From Raja brachyura (Eukaryota), in the NCBI GenBank assembly GCA_963514005.1, contig OY740803.1:29822001-29886000 (forward strand): a stretch of 64,000 nt of DNA, given 5' to 3'. A program made the translations under genes and the position numbers. The stretch's first letter is position 1. Every line of letters starts with the position of its first letter. Positions 1 to 13,026 of the stretch are shown here, one piece after another. Under the pieces are notes generated by a model. It made no database searches and was not told the DNA's origin. It saw nothing but the letters and a program-made list of their open reading frames with translations.

Positions 1-94
1 AAGCTGAGATGGATCAGCTCCTCATTTTTCCTGGCTAAACGTGGCTGCAAATGCTTCAGTCTTGCATTTAGCACTAAGATGCAAGGCCGCTCTG

Positions 95-392
95 AGCTGC
101 AGCCTCACAGTGCCAGATTACGAAGTTTGATCCTGACCTCGGCTGCTGTCTGTGAGTCTATTGCAAGTTCTCCCTGTGACCACGTAGGTTTCCTCCGAGC
201 GCACCAGTTTCCTCTCACATCACAAAGATGTGCAAGTTTGTAGGCTAATTGACTTCTGTAAAGAAAATGCCCCAAATGTGCAGGGAGTCGATGTGAAAGT
301 GGGATAACACAAAACTAGCGTGATCAATGGTTGGTGTGGATTCGGTGGCCCAAAGGACATGTTTCCATGGTGCATCCCAAAACTAAACTAAA
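95..392 (+). mobile_element. HE1-like V-SINE (tRNA-derived head, CR1-derived tail)
   Basis: V-domain-like core (ttgcaagttctccctgtgaccacgtaggtttcctccg...tttcctctcacatc) and (aaact)n tail; aligns by eye to copies at 48641 and 58888. Confidence 0.8.
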
Positions 393-2479
393 CCTCACCT
401 CTTTATACTGGCAGTCTTTCCTGTACCCTCTGCCCTGTAATGTTGACTATCCATTTGACTCCACAAATGCTGTTTGACCGGCTGAGTTCCTCCAGTATTT
501 TTTTTTTCATGCTCCAGTTTCCACCTTCTGCAGTATCCCTTGTGTACCTTGAAAATTGATTTGAAAATAAATGCTCAAAGTACACTTCCTTGCTTCATCT
601 TGTAAAATCAGACGAAAAACAATATCTTGATTGGAAAATGGATTTAAAATGACCCACGGACATCCGATTATATAATTTGTATGCGTTGATCGATGTTTAT
701 AACTAGCAGTCAGGAATTTTGGAATGGGGACAAATCACTCCAAAGGGAGTTAGACTTCAATGAAATATGAGTGGCAAAGAAACATTTATAGCAGTTGGTC
801 AACTCTGAGAATTTGTGCATGGAGATTGCAGTACAAATGCATTTTGTGATTGGTAATTGAAACTGCAGTCAGAAAGCCCCAACAAAAGAGGTACAAGATC
901 CTTGTGGACTAGTAGCTTGTTTACTGGTGCCAGAGTGGCAAATCTATACTACTTCCAGATTGACAGCATAATCAATCACGTTTTCTCTAGCCAACTACAA
1001 GTGTGCAGTTGGAACTGGGTAACAAAGTACAATCTCTTAGCTTCCAACAATCACATTTACATTCAGCCATGGACTGATATAGTCAGGATCTCTTTGGGAG
1101 GTACATCTAAAACCTAGGTAAAGGTGCGGTTAGATCCTGGATTCCAAGCAAGCCAGCAAGCACCAAGTGTCACTGCATTGTAAGGTGTTGTAATGTTGCC
1201 AAGTTGCTCAGAGATATTCCTTTAAACTGGAGTCACAAGAGATTGTAGATGCTAGAACCTAGTGCAACGAATTGATGGAGGAACTCAGCATGTTAAACAG
1301 CACCGTAGAGGGAAATGGACAGTCATTATTTCGGGTTGGGACTCGTGGGATTTGCCCGTGTAATACCATTCATCCTTTATAGAAAGATTTTTGTGTAGAA
1401 TATCACTTTTGACCGCGATAATGTGGCAGTGGTTGACACAGCATGCCCTAGAGGCCCAGTGAGACAAGGATTGATGGACACCGTGAGATGGTTTACTGCA
1501 CAGTCAAAGTCATTCGGCAGGTTGCTTCAATTCCAGAACTCTCAATCAAGCACTGGAGCTTTGCTTGGATTGTGGCAAGACGCACCCACCCCATCAGATC
1601 CTTCATGTACAAATGGAGTCTGAATGGGGATCCAAGGAACAGCAGATGTTGGAATTTGAAGTAAAACACAAACTGCTAGAGTAACTCAGTGGGTCAAGCA
1701 GTATTTGTGAAGAGAATGGATAGGTGATGTCTTGGGTCAGAACCTTTCTTCAGGCTCTTTGTCACCTAAACTTGACATTCAGTGGCAATATCACTGCAAT
1801 GTTTCCCACTTTAAGCATCCTGGGGATCCTCGTTGGCTGGACACTCAACTACACAAGCCACTTTAAGGCTGTGTCTACAAGAACTATCGGGTTATGTATT
1901 CTGTGGCAAGACATCACAGAGTCTGAGGCTTTCTGATATCCCAGAATCTTTCCACAATCTACAAGGCATAAATCAGAAAGATGATAAAATAATCTCATTT
2001 CCCATAGGTTTCACCGGGTAATGCAAACATAAGGTCTGTCACCTTAAGCACTAATTCCTTTCTCCATGGCACATTGTGACTGCGGTATGTACCGCCCATG
2101 AAAGGCACTACAGTTACTCAACCAAACTACTATGGGAGAACTTTCCAAACCTGTGACGTATTTTGCTGAGGGCGACAGGCGCATGGAACACCACCACCTG
2201 CAGTTAATCCTTCAATTTGCACACTCTGCTCACATTAAAATGTATTGGTACATCTTCGTCATGCTTGGATCTAAATTATGGGAGTACCTTCACCGAAGGA
2301 TTGCAGTATCTCCTTTTCTGGGGCATTTAGGGAACATAAGAAACGCTGGTTTTGCCAGCTATGCCCAATTCCCCTAAACGGAAAATAATCTCAAAGATCG
2401 CTCAAACAATTGAGATTTTCTGGGGGTTGGAATGAATGTGAAGTCCAGGTTTCTGATCCAATGAGGAACTATTGAACAT

Positions 2480-4830
2480 CTCTTCTTTGAAGGCAGTAAA
2501 AAAAAATGAAGCTTTGATGATTTCCTGACAGAAAGTATTTGCAAGAGCACTAAAAACCTCCTTCTGTCCCAGTAATATCAACTGCGACTCTAATCAAAAC
2601 AGTTACTCCAAAGACCTCCAAGCAATCTCAGGAAAGACGTGTCCGTTTTGGAGTTTACGACATTCATTGACACTGGAAGGATATCAGTAAAGAACTCAAC
2701 TAAGACTCTCTACCTGATGTGAAGGACTATGATGGCATCCACAATATACAGTCTCATCACAACCTAATGTAACATAAAGGCCCTAAGACAACTAATAAAT
2801 AACAAGGCCTCTGAAACATAAGATATCCAAAGTTCTAAAGCTTGGTTGAGGGGAACTTGAGATACATATTCATGAGCCTCATCATCCTAGGAAGAAAATT
2901 ATATGTCAATGACGTCAGAGGAATCATTTTCTTAATCTTCTTCAAGTAAGAAGAAGTTTCTGAATGTGGTTCTATAGAAGGACTTCCTGCTCTATACCAC
3001 ATGGAAAGTCATCACAAGGTTATAGCATCTAAATCCTCTCCTGCCATTAATTGAATAGCTGCTTCGTAAACCACAGTAATGATTCCACCTGCCTTCCACA
3101 TGATCTTCACCAGATGGCAACTTAAGGAAAATACAGTGATCCGCATCTATAAGTGTGGGCAGGCTATTTTGACCTAACAAAAGCCTTTGACCATGTCAAT
3201 CATGAAATTGGTATGGGCCTAAAGGGCAAAATGGGACAAGCTGAAATGGACAATTTAGGTCAACAGATGAGTTGGTCCAAAGGTCCTATTTCCATGCTGT
3301 ATGCTCTATGTCTCAGCAATATGGGAAGAATCATTTTTAGTTTTGGCAGCACTTGGTCTCCATAGTATGTATGCCACATGATGGCACATGATACGTAATT
3401 GCATATAATGGATCCTCTGCAGAACTAATCCTATTGTAGGCTGGGGTCAAGAAAGGCTGAATAAGCACAGATACTTTCCTCAGTATTTCTTTTCGTTAGA
3501 TTGCACTTCATTAACAAGCTTCCCAGTGGTTATCAAAAATTGCAGCAGGATCTTGATCAAATGGGCAGGTGGACCGAAGAATGGTCATTGGAGTTTATTA
3601 ATATAGATAAATGCGCAGTATTGTATTTATTGAGAAGTCAAACCAGGGCAGGACATGCACAGTGAGTGGTAGGGCTCTGGTGAGTGTTGCAGAGCAGAGG
3701 GATCAAGGAGTGTAGGTACATGGTTCCTTGAAAGTAGCATAACAGGGAGATATGGTGTCAAGAAGGCATGTACATGGATAGGAAAGGATTAGACGGATTA
3801 TGCAAAATGTAGGCAGGTGGGACTAATGAAGATAGGGCATCTTGGTCGGTGTGGGCAAATTAAAACCGTAAGGTCTGTTTCCATGCTGAATGACTCCATG
3901 ACTCAGTGGAGTGAAGCTAACATAAAGGAAGAAAGGGAAAATGGTCAGCTTCTATCACCTGCGCACTTGGACCAAGGTCACTACAACTTTAGCCATTGTG
4001 CTGGAGTGCATAAGTGATGTTTGCATATGTGTACATTCAGTTAGCCAAGCTCCAAATCATCCTTAACTTGTTTACTGAAGTGTATAAGGAAGGGCCTTAC
4101 ACTTAACAACCTCAATAAAAGTCCTCCACTGACCTGCCCCTGCTGTACATTACTATTCACTGTTTCCTCGAAAACTTTCAATATTTCTGAAGATATTTTT
4201 CAGCAAAGGCAAAAATTCATGACATCATCTCGGGCAATGGTACAGCTTTTGACAATTTGTGGAATATAGTTCTCAGAAATCCAGACCTCATTTTCTACCA
4301 AGCCTTAGTTCCTCCACTCTTCTGTATGCAGGTGCCCCAAAGCAATGTGGAGTATCCACTTCTATCAGGACAAAATCATTCAAGTCCTATGTCTATGTTC
4401 ATTCCCTGGCCAACAATCCCAGAATTGAAGCACTCGAGATATTGAGTCAGTTCACGATATGTTGGTGGATTGAGCATGTCTTGGATCTGACTCCCAAATA
4501 AGGTATTTGACTCGGATATTACCATGTGGACAGAGGAAACGTTTCAAGGCTATTCTCAAAGTCACTGTAGAAAAAAATTAATAGCATCACAGATTTGTGG
4601 GATCTGTGGCTGATGACTGCTTAAAATGGAGCAAAGGCATTGATTATAGAACCTTATCTCTTCATCAGCAGAAAACCTGACAGGAAAAGCAAGTGTCACC
4701 TCTCAAGCTGCCCACCTGCCTGGTAAAATATCACCTGCCACACTTATGGTTGAGTTCCATATTGCCCTCATTGCCCACTCAAAGCCTACAGAACTAGACT
4801 GGAAGCATCCTCAATTCTGAGGGCGAGTTG
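2480..4830 (+). mobile_element. Degraded RTE-like LINE interrupted by CR1 3' fragments (~3213-3310, ~3530-3905)
   Basis: RT motif FDLTKAFDHVNHE at ~3165-3205, many stops; the inserted pieces resemble the other CR1 copies. Confidence 0.6.
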
Positions 4831-5454
4831 CTTTGAAGCGCCTTGATTTTTAATAGGTCTCGCTCGAAAATTATTGTTTCATACTCAAGGCATCAATATA
4901 TTGTAATTGGAAAGGTAAAATAATTGACAGGATCATGGCTTCTTGCTTATCTCCTTGAATGAAGAGCAAAATGGTAAAGAACATGGCAAAATAAAAATAA
5001 TAGTTTAGCTTTCTGGTAAATGTCTGGTAAACATTTAACCAGACTTTTCTTATGAAGACAGGTGTTATCTTTCTTTTGAGAAACTTAATTAATTCAGTGC
5101 AGATGTCCAATGTATATCGCTGGGATTGTGCTTGTCAATGCATTTAATTACTGTCAATGACAACTTTGCCTGTGGTGCTTATAATTAATCTTAACTCTGG
5201 CTGTGTGGGATGGTGCAATCCCTAGAAACGGGTTTAAAAAGCACTGTCTTCTTAATTCTGTGCAATGGAAAATCAATATCTTTCATTGTTCATAGACCCG
5301 GTTATAATGTGAGGATTATGTGGTTTGGAAGGTTATGCGTAGCAGACTCTCACAGCGCATGCATATTAAACATATATCAAATCGTGTGTGAGCAATAAAG
5401 TAGCATCAGGAAACCTCTGAAATGTGTTTGAAAACCTCAATTCCCCTTGTCCTT

Positions 5455-6420
5455 ATCTTTCACCCCACCTGCCTCCTCATACAACACATTATTCTGCATC
5501 ATTGACACCACCTTCAATATGATCCCATCACCAGTCACATCTTCTCATCTCCACCCCTTTCCTCTTTCCGCAGAGCCCACTCCCTCTGTAATTCTTTGGT
5601 CTACTCAACCTTTCCCACCCAAATAATAGTTTCTCAGGTACTTTCCCTTGCAACCGGAGGAAATGTAACACCCGTCTGTACACCTCCATTCAGGGACCCC
5701 AGCAGCCTTTTCAGGTGAGACATAGGTTCACATGCACCTTCTCTAACCTCATCTAGTGGATTTGGTACTCCGAACGTGGCCTCCTTTACATCAGCAAGAC
5801 CAAGCGTGGACTAGACGATTGTTTCACCAAACATTTGTGCTTGGTCTGTCAGTGCTTGCTGGACTTACCAGTTGCTAACCATTTCCCATACCTATTCCCA
5901 TACTGAACATTCTGTCTTGGGTCTTGGAGGAACACCGCCTCATTGCTTGGGTAACGTACAACCCAACAGTATGAACATTGAATTTCCTATTTTAGAAACT
6001 AACTAACAACTCCCCCCGCCTCTCTTTTCTCCCCCTCTTCCCTGTGCTCCACGTGGATGCGCACACATTTCTCCCACTATTCTGCCACCTTTTCCCCATC
6101 CCCCCATCCCCTTCCACCTGCGTCCTTTTTTCTCACATGATTCAAGCCTCTCTCCTCCTTACAGCCTTTTATCTCCTTTTCATCTCTGGCCTTTGTCCAC
6201 CCAGCTGTTAATCTACTGTCCTCGCCCCAATTCACCTTGCATTTGCCTGGTTTTGTGCTGCCCCACCTCGATTTTCTTTCTACTACAATCCGTCTGAAGA
6301 AGGTTTCCGACCCGAAACATCATCTATCCAAATGCTCCATAGATGATGCCTGATCCACTGAGTTACTCTAGCCCTTTGTGCTTTTTGGCAGAAATGTGTC
6401 TGTGGTTTCAAACCATGAAA
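5455..6420 (+). mobile_element. Penelope-like element 3' part (decayed GIY-YIG endonuclease, pyrimidine-rich spacer, terminal repeat)
   Basis: ~5710-5840 reads FQVRHRFTCTFSNLI*WIWYSERGLLYISKTKRGLDDCFTKHL; terminus has ctgaaga...cccgaaac and gatgatgcctgatccactgagttactc. Confidence 0.8.
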
Positions 6421-7139
6421 CCTGGAAACGGAGGCTCTCACAAAAATATTTTCTTTCCATAAGTTTTGGGCACATTTCCCTTTTATTGAGAACAAGCTTA
6501 TTATGTCAGATACCTGGGTTCCATTTTGGTTTCCTTTTTGGAAGAATCTTTGAAAGTAGCAAGGAACAGAGTATACCCTAGTTATGGGAAGCCAATGCCT
6601 ATACCCAAGGTAACTTAGAAGCATCAGCACGAACCAAGCAGAATGATTTCTGAACCCACATCTAGTCTGCAGCAGATGATGAGCGATCCTACATGAAGGA
6701 TAAACCAACTTCACCAATCTACCTGTTACAGAAACATAGATCATTAGCAGTAGGAATGACCACCCTACCATTCGTGTGAAGACAAAATCACACAAACCAA
6801 GGATACCTTTCATCCTGTTAGGTGGAATGAGCCTCATGAGAAATATGGTACATTCAGGTAGAACAGTTCAGGCAGCTCAAAACTGTGGCACTGTGAGTCA
6901 ACAGTAGTTGTAGAAATATATCCCTTTGCAGTCTGTAACCTCATGATGGCCTGTCATATCCCCTGCTTTATTATTAGCTGCAAGAAGACCAAAGCAGGTG
7001 CAGTGAGGACTCAGGCAGGGAATCCTTAATGATGACAGTGCCAAACATGTGCGTGCCATCTCAGGCTGTGGTATTTGCAATCATATTTAGCCAGATGCGC
7101 TAAGTGAATTGTTCTACATATGTGATATGAATATGCCTC

Positions 7140-7660
7140 AGAGCATTGGATGCAGTAAAAACTATGGGACCACACAGCATCTCAGCTGTAATACAAAAGA
7201 TCTTTGCTCCAGAAACAGCCAAGCTGTTTCAGTGTAATTACAGCCCTGGCATTTCACTAACAATGTGGAAAACGAGCCAGGACAAATCCAATCCAACTAA
7301 TTACCACCCATTCAGTCTACTCTCGATCATCAGCAAAGTGGGGGGAAGCTGTCATTGACTGTGCTATCAAGCTGTTACCCAATAACTCAAAACTACTGAA
7401 ATATATCAAAAAAGTTAAACTTCGTAGGTGAGATGAGAGGCACTACCTTTAACATCTAGAGAGCATTTGACCCAGTGTGGCATCACGGAATTCTGGTAAA
7501 ACTGAAGTCAATAGATATCAAAGGGAAAATATTGTGCAAAAGCTTTAGGCCCAGCCAACCTCTCAGTTTCAATACGGAAGATATTTACTGCAGAAATAGC
7601 CAAGAGGTTTCAGTAAAATTACAACCCTTTCATCTAATCAACTGTATGGAAAACTGGTTA
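7140..7660 (+). mobile_element. Old CR1/L2-group LINE RT fragment
   Basis: QDKSNPTNYHPFSLLSIISKV and WHHGILVKLKSIDIKGK are RT-domain-like. Confidence 0.65.
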
Positions 7661-7674
7661 ATGGCTGTTGAATG

Positions 7675-8310
7675 TTAGTCACGGAACTGTGCAGCAGTTA
7701 ATTAGGCCCCTCAGGCCATCTTGTAAATGCCGATCAAGTGGGCATTCTTGACGAGTCCCATTTGCCTTCATTTGCACTGTAGTTCTCTAAGCCCTTCCTC
7801 TCAATCCACATCAATGCAAATGTAATTTAAACATCAGAATTCTATCTGTTTCTATAGCTTCCTGGCAGCTCACTCCAGATATGGACCACCTGCTAAGTGA
7901 AGAATTTGCCCATGTGGACCCTCTTAAATCTCAACTCATTATGTCCTTTAGTTTTAGAATCGCCTACCTTGGAAAGGGACTGTTCACTTTATCCCATGCC
8001 CGTCATGATCTTTTACATCTCAGTAAGGTCATCCCACAATCTCCTGTGCTCCAAAGAAAAAAGTCTCAGCCTATCCAACCTACCCCTGTAGCTCAAGCCT
8101 GCAAGCCCAGGTAACATCCTGGTAACTCACTTTTGCACCCTTTCCAACTTAATGACATCTTTCCTGTATCTGAGTGACCAGAACTGCATACAGTACTCTA
8201 AGTGTGGTCCTACCAGTGACTTGCACAGCTGCAACATGATGCGCCAATTTCAGCATTCGATACTCTTCCCATAAAGACAAGCGTGACAAATACTATCTTC
8301 GCCACACTGT
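7675..8310 (-). mobile_element. CR1/HER1-type LINE 3' fragment
   Basis: Reverse strand resembles the CR1 ORF2 C-terminus (RTTLRVLYAVLVT, cf. RPHLEYCVQFWSP) and 3' UTR. Confidence 0.75.
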
Positions 8311-10281
8311 CACAGGCCTCCAAAGCAGCTCACTACCTTCTCAAGGACAACTAAAGATGGGCAATAAATATTGGCCTTACCAACAATGACCACAGCCCAT
8401 ATATGTATTCAAAAAAATGTAATTGCCTTCTCTTTAACAACTTTATGGGCTAAATTGTGTCAGATCGCTGTGGCTGCTTTGTTCTGAATAACTTTGGGGC
8501 AGAGTTTAGCAGCGTTCCCAAGAATAACAACCACACCTCTCGATGTTGCATCCATAAGCCAAACCCACAGCAACACCTATATGGCTTTTAACAGGTTAAG
8601 ATTTGAAGTGTTTCATTCATATGTGCAGAGCCACATTAGGTGCACCGGCTATGGCTCTGGCTTGTTAAACTATGTAACCCACCTGCAATTAGTGGCTCCA
8701 GAGCAGAGCAAGAAATAATATATTTCCCTATTTGATCTCCAGTGCTTTCTATACTTCCACACTGAAGATATACAAAGGAAGAAAAATCAGAGCATGCTGG
8801 TGAATGCACTGCATTGAGCAGGTGAATTTCCATGGAATCTTAAGCAAGCCATCAGTGTGATCCAACTCATTCTGCATTAGGTGCACCATACTCCCTGTAT
8901 TTGCTCAACCACTGAAGCTGCAGGTCTTATCTATTTCTATAATTCATTCAGGTACAATTCTAAATTTCAAATCTGCCTTTTACAGTATGTATCACAGCTT
9001 GTCGCATTCACACTACTTTATCCAATCAACCTTCCTAAATCTGTTGATTCGTAGCTGTGTTACAGAGTTGTGAAGACTCCCATTTGCTCACACTGACGGC
9101 ATGAACTTAGACATGTTAAGCTGCTTTGTGCATCTTTAGCACAAATGCTTTTCCTCCAGTTGCTCCTGCCATTTCTTAAAGGCTTAATGGACCACCATCT
9201 CTTTATTAGTTCCGTACTATGTGGCTGTTCTTCTCTGTGATTATTGGTTTGCTACTTATCTGTTAGACACTACATTAGCATACAAGACCTTTTGAGTTAG
9301 ACTCTTGGAAATCTGATCAAGTGTATGTATTATTTTCAGTTATTTCCACCTGAAGCAACTAGGCCATCAAGACCACCTCCAATACTGTCCCCCACAATAC
9401 AATCAAATGATCTGGTTTCATTCTGGATGATTTTACAGTATTACATAATATTCTGGGAGTTAAATAAAGTCCCTGGTCTATGTGGCACAGTTCTGCATCA
9501 ACAAAATGTTCTTAACTGGAAATTGAAACCTAAACATTGGTGCCAGTGGCACCTTTTTGTACGTGCAGCTCATGTTCAGAAGCTTCCTAATGTATGTTAT
9601 AATGCAGCCACCGCCTTTTCTGGTTGAAGTCATGCCAGTTGCATGGCCATTTCCACAGGCTATCCACCATAGAACTGTTGACAATTTTCCCATGGCATTT
9701 GTGGATGTGATGCTGTCAGCAATGCATTCAACAGTCATCACTGCCTCACGGTGAAAAAATAAGTAATAATGTGCAATCTATAACCTTTATTTCTAACTCC
9801 AAGTAAACCAATGATCAATCCCCTCAGCAAATCAGCTGGGAGACATGAATCAAGGGTCACCATTGGGACTCGGGTTTGTTGAACTCTGCATGTGTCAATT
9901 TGAGTTTTTGGTACTATGCATGTTTGTTGCGTCATTGCTGGGACTCACGGTGCTTTCAAAATCGTGCACAACACAGATGTGAGCTCCACTTGAATAACTA
10001 CACTGTGTCTGCGAGATTGTTGGGCAGGATTCAGGGTAAAGCCAAACCCATTCAAAGACTTGCTCCAGCTCCCTTACGTTTTCCCTCACCTCTATGGGTA
10101 TCTGTGTCCTGTGGCTGCAAGGAGGAGAGTTCCTTAAAGACGTGATTCATTTCACAGACATCTTGACTGGCAAAGACACAGCAGCTGTGATCGAGAGCTG
10201 TGCTCTGTTATATTTAACAGAGTATTCAGGGGTAAAAAACACACCATGATAATTTAAAGTTAAGTTATTTCACTTAATTAC

Positions 10282-10408
10282 CTGCACTAAATTACCTGAT
10301 GCTGGTTTTAGTGTTAATGACCATTGAAAGGATCTCCAAATGACTGCAATTTGGAGATCCTTTCAATGGTCATTAACACTAAAACCAGCATCAGGTAATT
10401 TAGTGCAG
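10282..10408. repeat. Perfect inverted repeat, 60-bp arms with 7-nt loop
   Basis: 10282-10341 is the exact reverse complement of 10349-10408; loop gactgca. Confidence 0.97.
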
Positions 10409-10789
10409 CAAATAAGGTTGAGCTCCAACTTCCAGAAATGAGCTAGTACATTTATCACAGTATTTTATATCAGCTTTTGCTATTTACTTGGCTTTTTCTA
10501 TTTGACGTTCATTAACATTTGCTCGCAGCTGAATTATTTCTGGTCGACTATAATTTAAACCCACTATCTTGTATCTTAAAATAACATGATTACGGTTACA
10601 ATCTCCAGTGCTGCATTAAAATCCCAGACATCATCAGATGTCATCCACATTTGGACTGGATCAAATCCACATGATTGTAGTCCTTGCCAGAACATACATG
10701 TGACAGATTAGGTCTACAGTTAAATTGTGTTTGCTTGTAGATGTACTCAATGCATAAAAAGTCATTCATTATTCGTTATTCCAAGACAA

Positions 10790-11630
10790 AAGAGACAGCA
10801 AATACTGGAATTTGGAAGATATTACAGAATGCTGAAAGAACTCAGCAGGTCTAGCAGCATCTGTTGAGGCAAAAAGGTGCAAGTTAGCATTTCGGGTCGA
10901 GGTTCTAAATCAGAGAGGTGACCAATGGGAGAATAAAATCTTGGTGGATGGTTCAGAATGGGGGGGGGGGGGGGGACAGGGAATGTGGATTATCAGAAAA
11001 TGGAAAATTCAATGTTCATCCTATTAGACTGTAGACCAGCCAAGCAGAATATGAAATGTAGTTCTTCCAATTTGTATTTAACCTCTCCATAGCTATGGAG
11101 AAGGTCAAGGACAGACAGGTCAGTGTGAGAAGGGGAATGAGTTAAAATAACGTACCTAGAATCTCAAGATGGCTATTGAGGACAGAGTTCAGTTGCTCCA
11201 CAAAATGGTCACCTAGTCTACACTTGGTTCCTCCAATGTGGAAAAGGTGACATTGATAGCACTGAATGCAATAGAATAGAGTGGAAAAGATACAGGTATA
11301 TCTTCACCTCACCTGAAAGGGGTGTTTAGGTTCCTGGGTTGGTGATGAGGGAGAAGGATGTTACACCTCCTACTGTTGCAGAGGGAAGTGCCAGAGGATA
11401 GAGAGGGAGTGATGAGCTAAGCAGGGAATCATGAAGAGTGTGGTCCCTGTGGAAAGTAGGAATGGCAGCAGAGGAGAAGACGGGACTGGTAGGGGATCAC
11501 CTTGGAGCTGGCAGAAATGGAAGAGGCTGCTGTATTGGATGCAGAGGCTCATGGGGTAAAAGGTGTTCAGTTTGTGCAGAGGTGGATAGCGAGAACAGGC
11601 ACATGGGAAAAGGAGGAACTGTGTATGAGG
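10790..11630 (-). mobile_element. Penelope-like element fragment
   Basis: Reverse-complement similarity to 5455-6420 (cacctcacctgaaag; gaaaattcaatgttcat; gcagcatctg...tttcgggtcgag). Confidence 0.7.
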
Positions 11631-12310
11631 ACTTGAATATTCCAATATATCTCTATTAACTATGATGCCATTGTTCTACACATTCCCAATTATTGCAACA
11701 CTATTTCCCACATACGTAGGTCTTAGATTCAACATAGAACAGAGAGCATAGATCAGTACAGCACAAGAACAGGCTCTTAGAGAGGTTGGAACTGTCTTCT
11801 TTAAAGAGAAGAAAGAGGAGATCTGATGGAAATACATAAAATGACAAAGTTGTTAGTGGACGGTTGTTCTCTTTGGTAGGGGAGAGAGGGATCAAATGCT
11901 AGAGGTTACAGGAACAAAATAAAAGGGACGAGAATTAAGAGATTAACAAGATCAACATTTTTATACAATTTGAGATTAGAATCTGGAATGCATTGCCAGC
12001 AGATGTAGTGGAAGCACCTTTAGCAGAGAATTTGATATCTGTAAAGTGAGCACAAATTTATAAACATAGGGAAGAGGATGGAACTAATGAGGTGCTTTGG
12101 TAGATTCTGTGCAGACACAAGGCGCCGAATAGCCTCTTTCCATTGTGGGGACAGCTTGATTGAAATCATGTCCAGTCTTGATGGGATAGCACACAATAAA
12201 AAGAGTTCCACTGTACCTTTGTACACGTGACAATAATAAACAAAATAATAAATAATAAAATAATTTGGTGCTGCAACCTATTCTATGATTGTACTGTATA
12301 ATAGGCCAGC

Positions 12311-13026
12311 AGGGGGCGCCGCACGATGGCTGCCTCACTAACGGTCTGTCTTCGTCTTTTTCCTTCTTTGTTTTTAATTTGTAGTAAAATGAATGTTTTA
12401 GTTAATCTTTAGTTTTGTATTTGTGGAGGGTGGTGGGGGGGGGGGGGAGGGGGGTGGAAACTTTTCTTATCTCTTATCGCAACTTTTTCCGGGTCGTATC
12501 TCCGTCTACACTGTGGCCTAACAGCATGGAGCTGGAGGCCTCTTGCTGGGACTTCTACAGCTCCAAAACCGCTGAGTCTGCGGATTTTAACATCTTGGAG
12601 CGGGCGATCCCTTTGCCAGGGGTCGGCCTTTGGTGCTCCAACCTGCAGGAGCTGAGGACTTTAACATCGTGGAGCTCACGGTCCCTGGTTAGGTGCTGAC
12701 TTCGGGACTCCAAGCCGCAGGAGTTTCGACAGCCCCGATGCGTGAGCTAGACCGCCCCAACGTGAGAGCTCGATTGCTGGCTGCGGATGGTTCGACTCCC
12801 CCCGACCACGGGAGGAAAGGAGGAAAGAAGATAAGACTTTATTGCCTTCCATCACAGTAGGGAATGTGGAGGAGCCGCTGTGATGGATGAGTATGTCAAA
12901 TTTGTATGTAGTTGTGTGTCTTGTTGCTTTTTTGGTATGACTGTATGGCAAACCAGATTCCTCGTATGTTGCAAAACATATTTGGCTAATTATCACGATT
13001 ATGATTATGAGTATGATTATGATATT
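12311..13026 (+). mobile_element. GC-rich unclassified retroposon-like repeat, copy 1, with (GATTAT)n tail
   Basis: Shares blocks with 44680-45350; internal repeats of aaca(g/t)c(a/g/t)tggagc; CpG-rich in an AT-rich intron. Confidence 0.7.

Noticed and set aside
6283-6837. 184-aa minus-strand ORF
   Set aside because: Runs into a Penelope terminus; no recognisable homology.
9325-9754. Overlapping ORFs of 65-100 aa as a possible exon or nested gene
   Set aside because: No Cav3 or other recognisable motif and no convincing splice-site pair.
10960-10975. Poly-G/C runs (also ~12435, ~15163, ~63512) as functional G-quadruplexes
   Set aside because: Mostly inside transposon remnants, and homopolymer lengths are unreliable.
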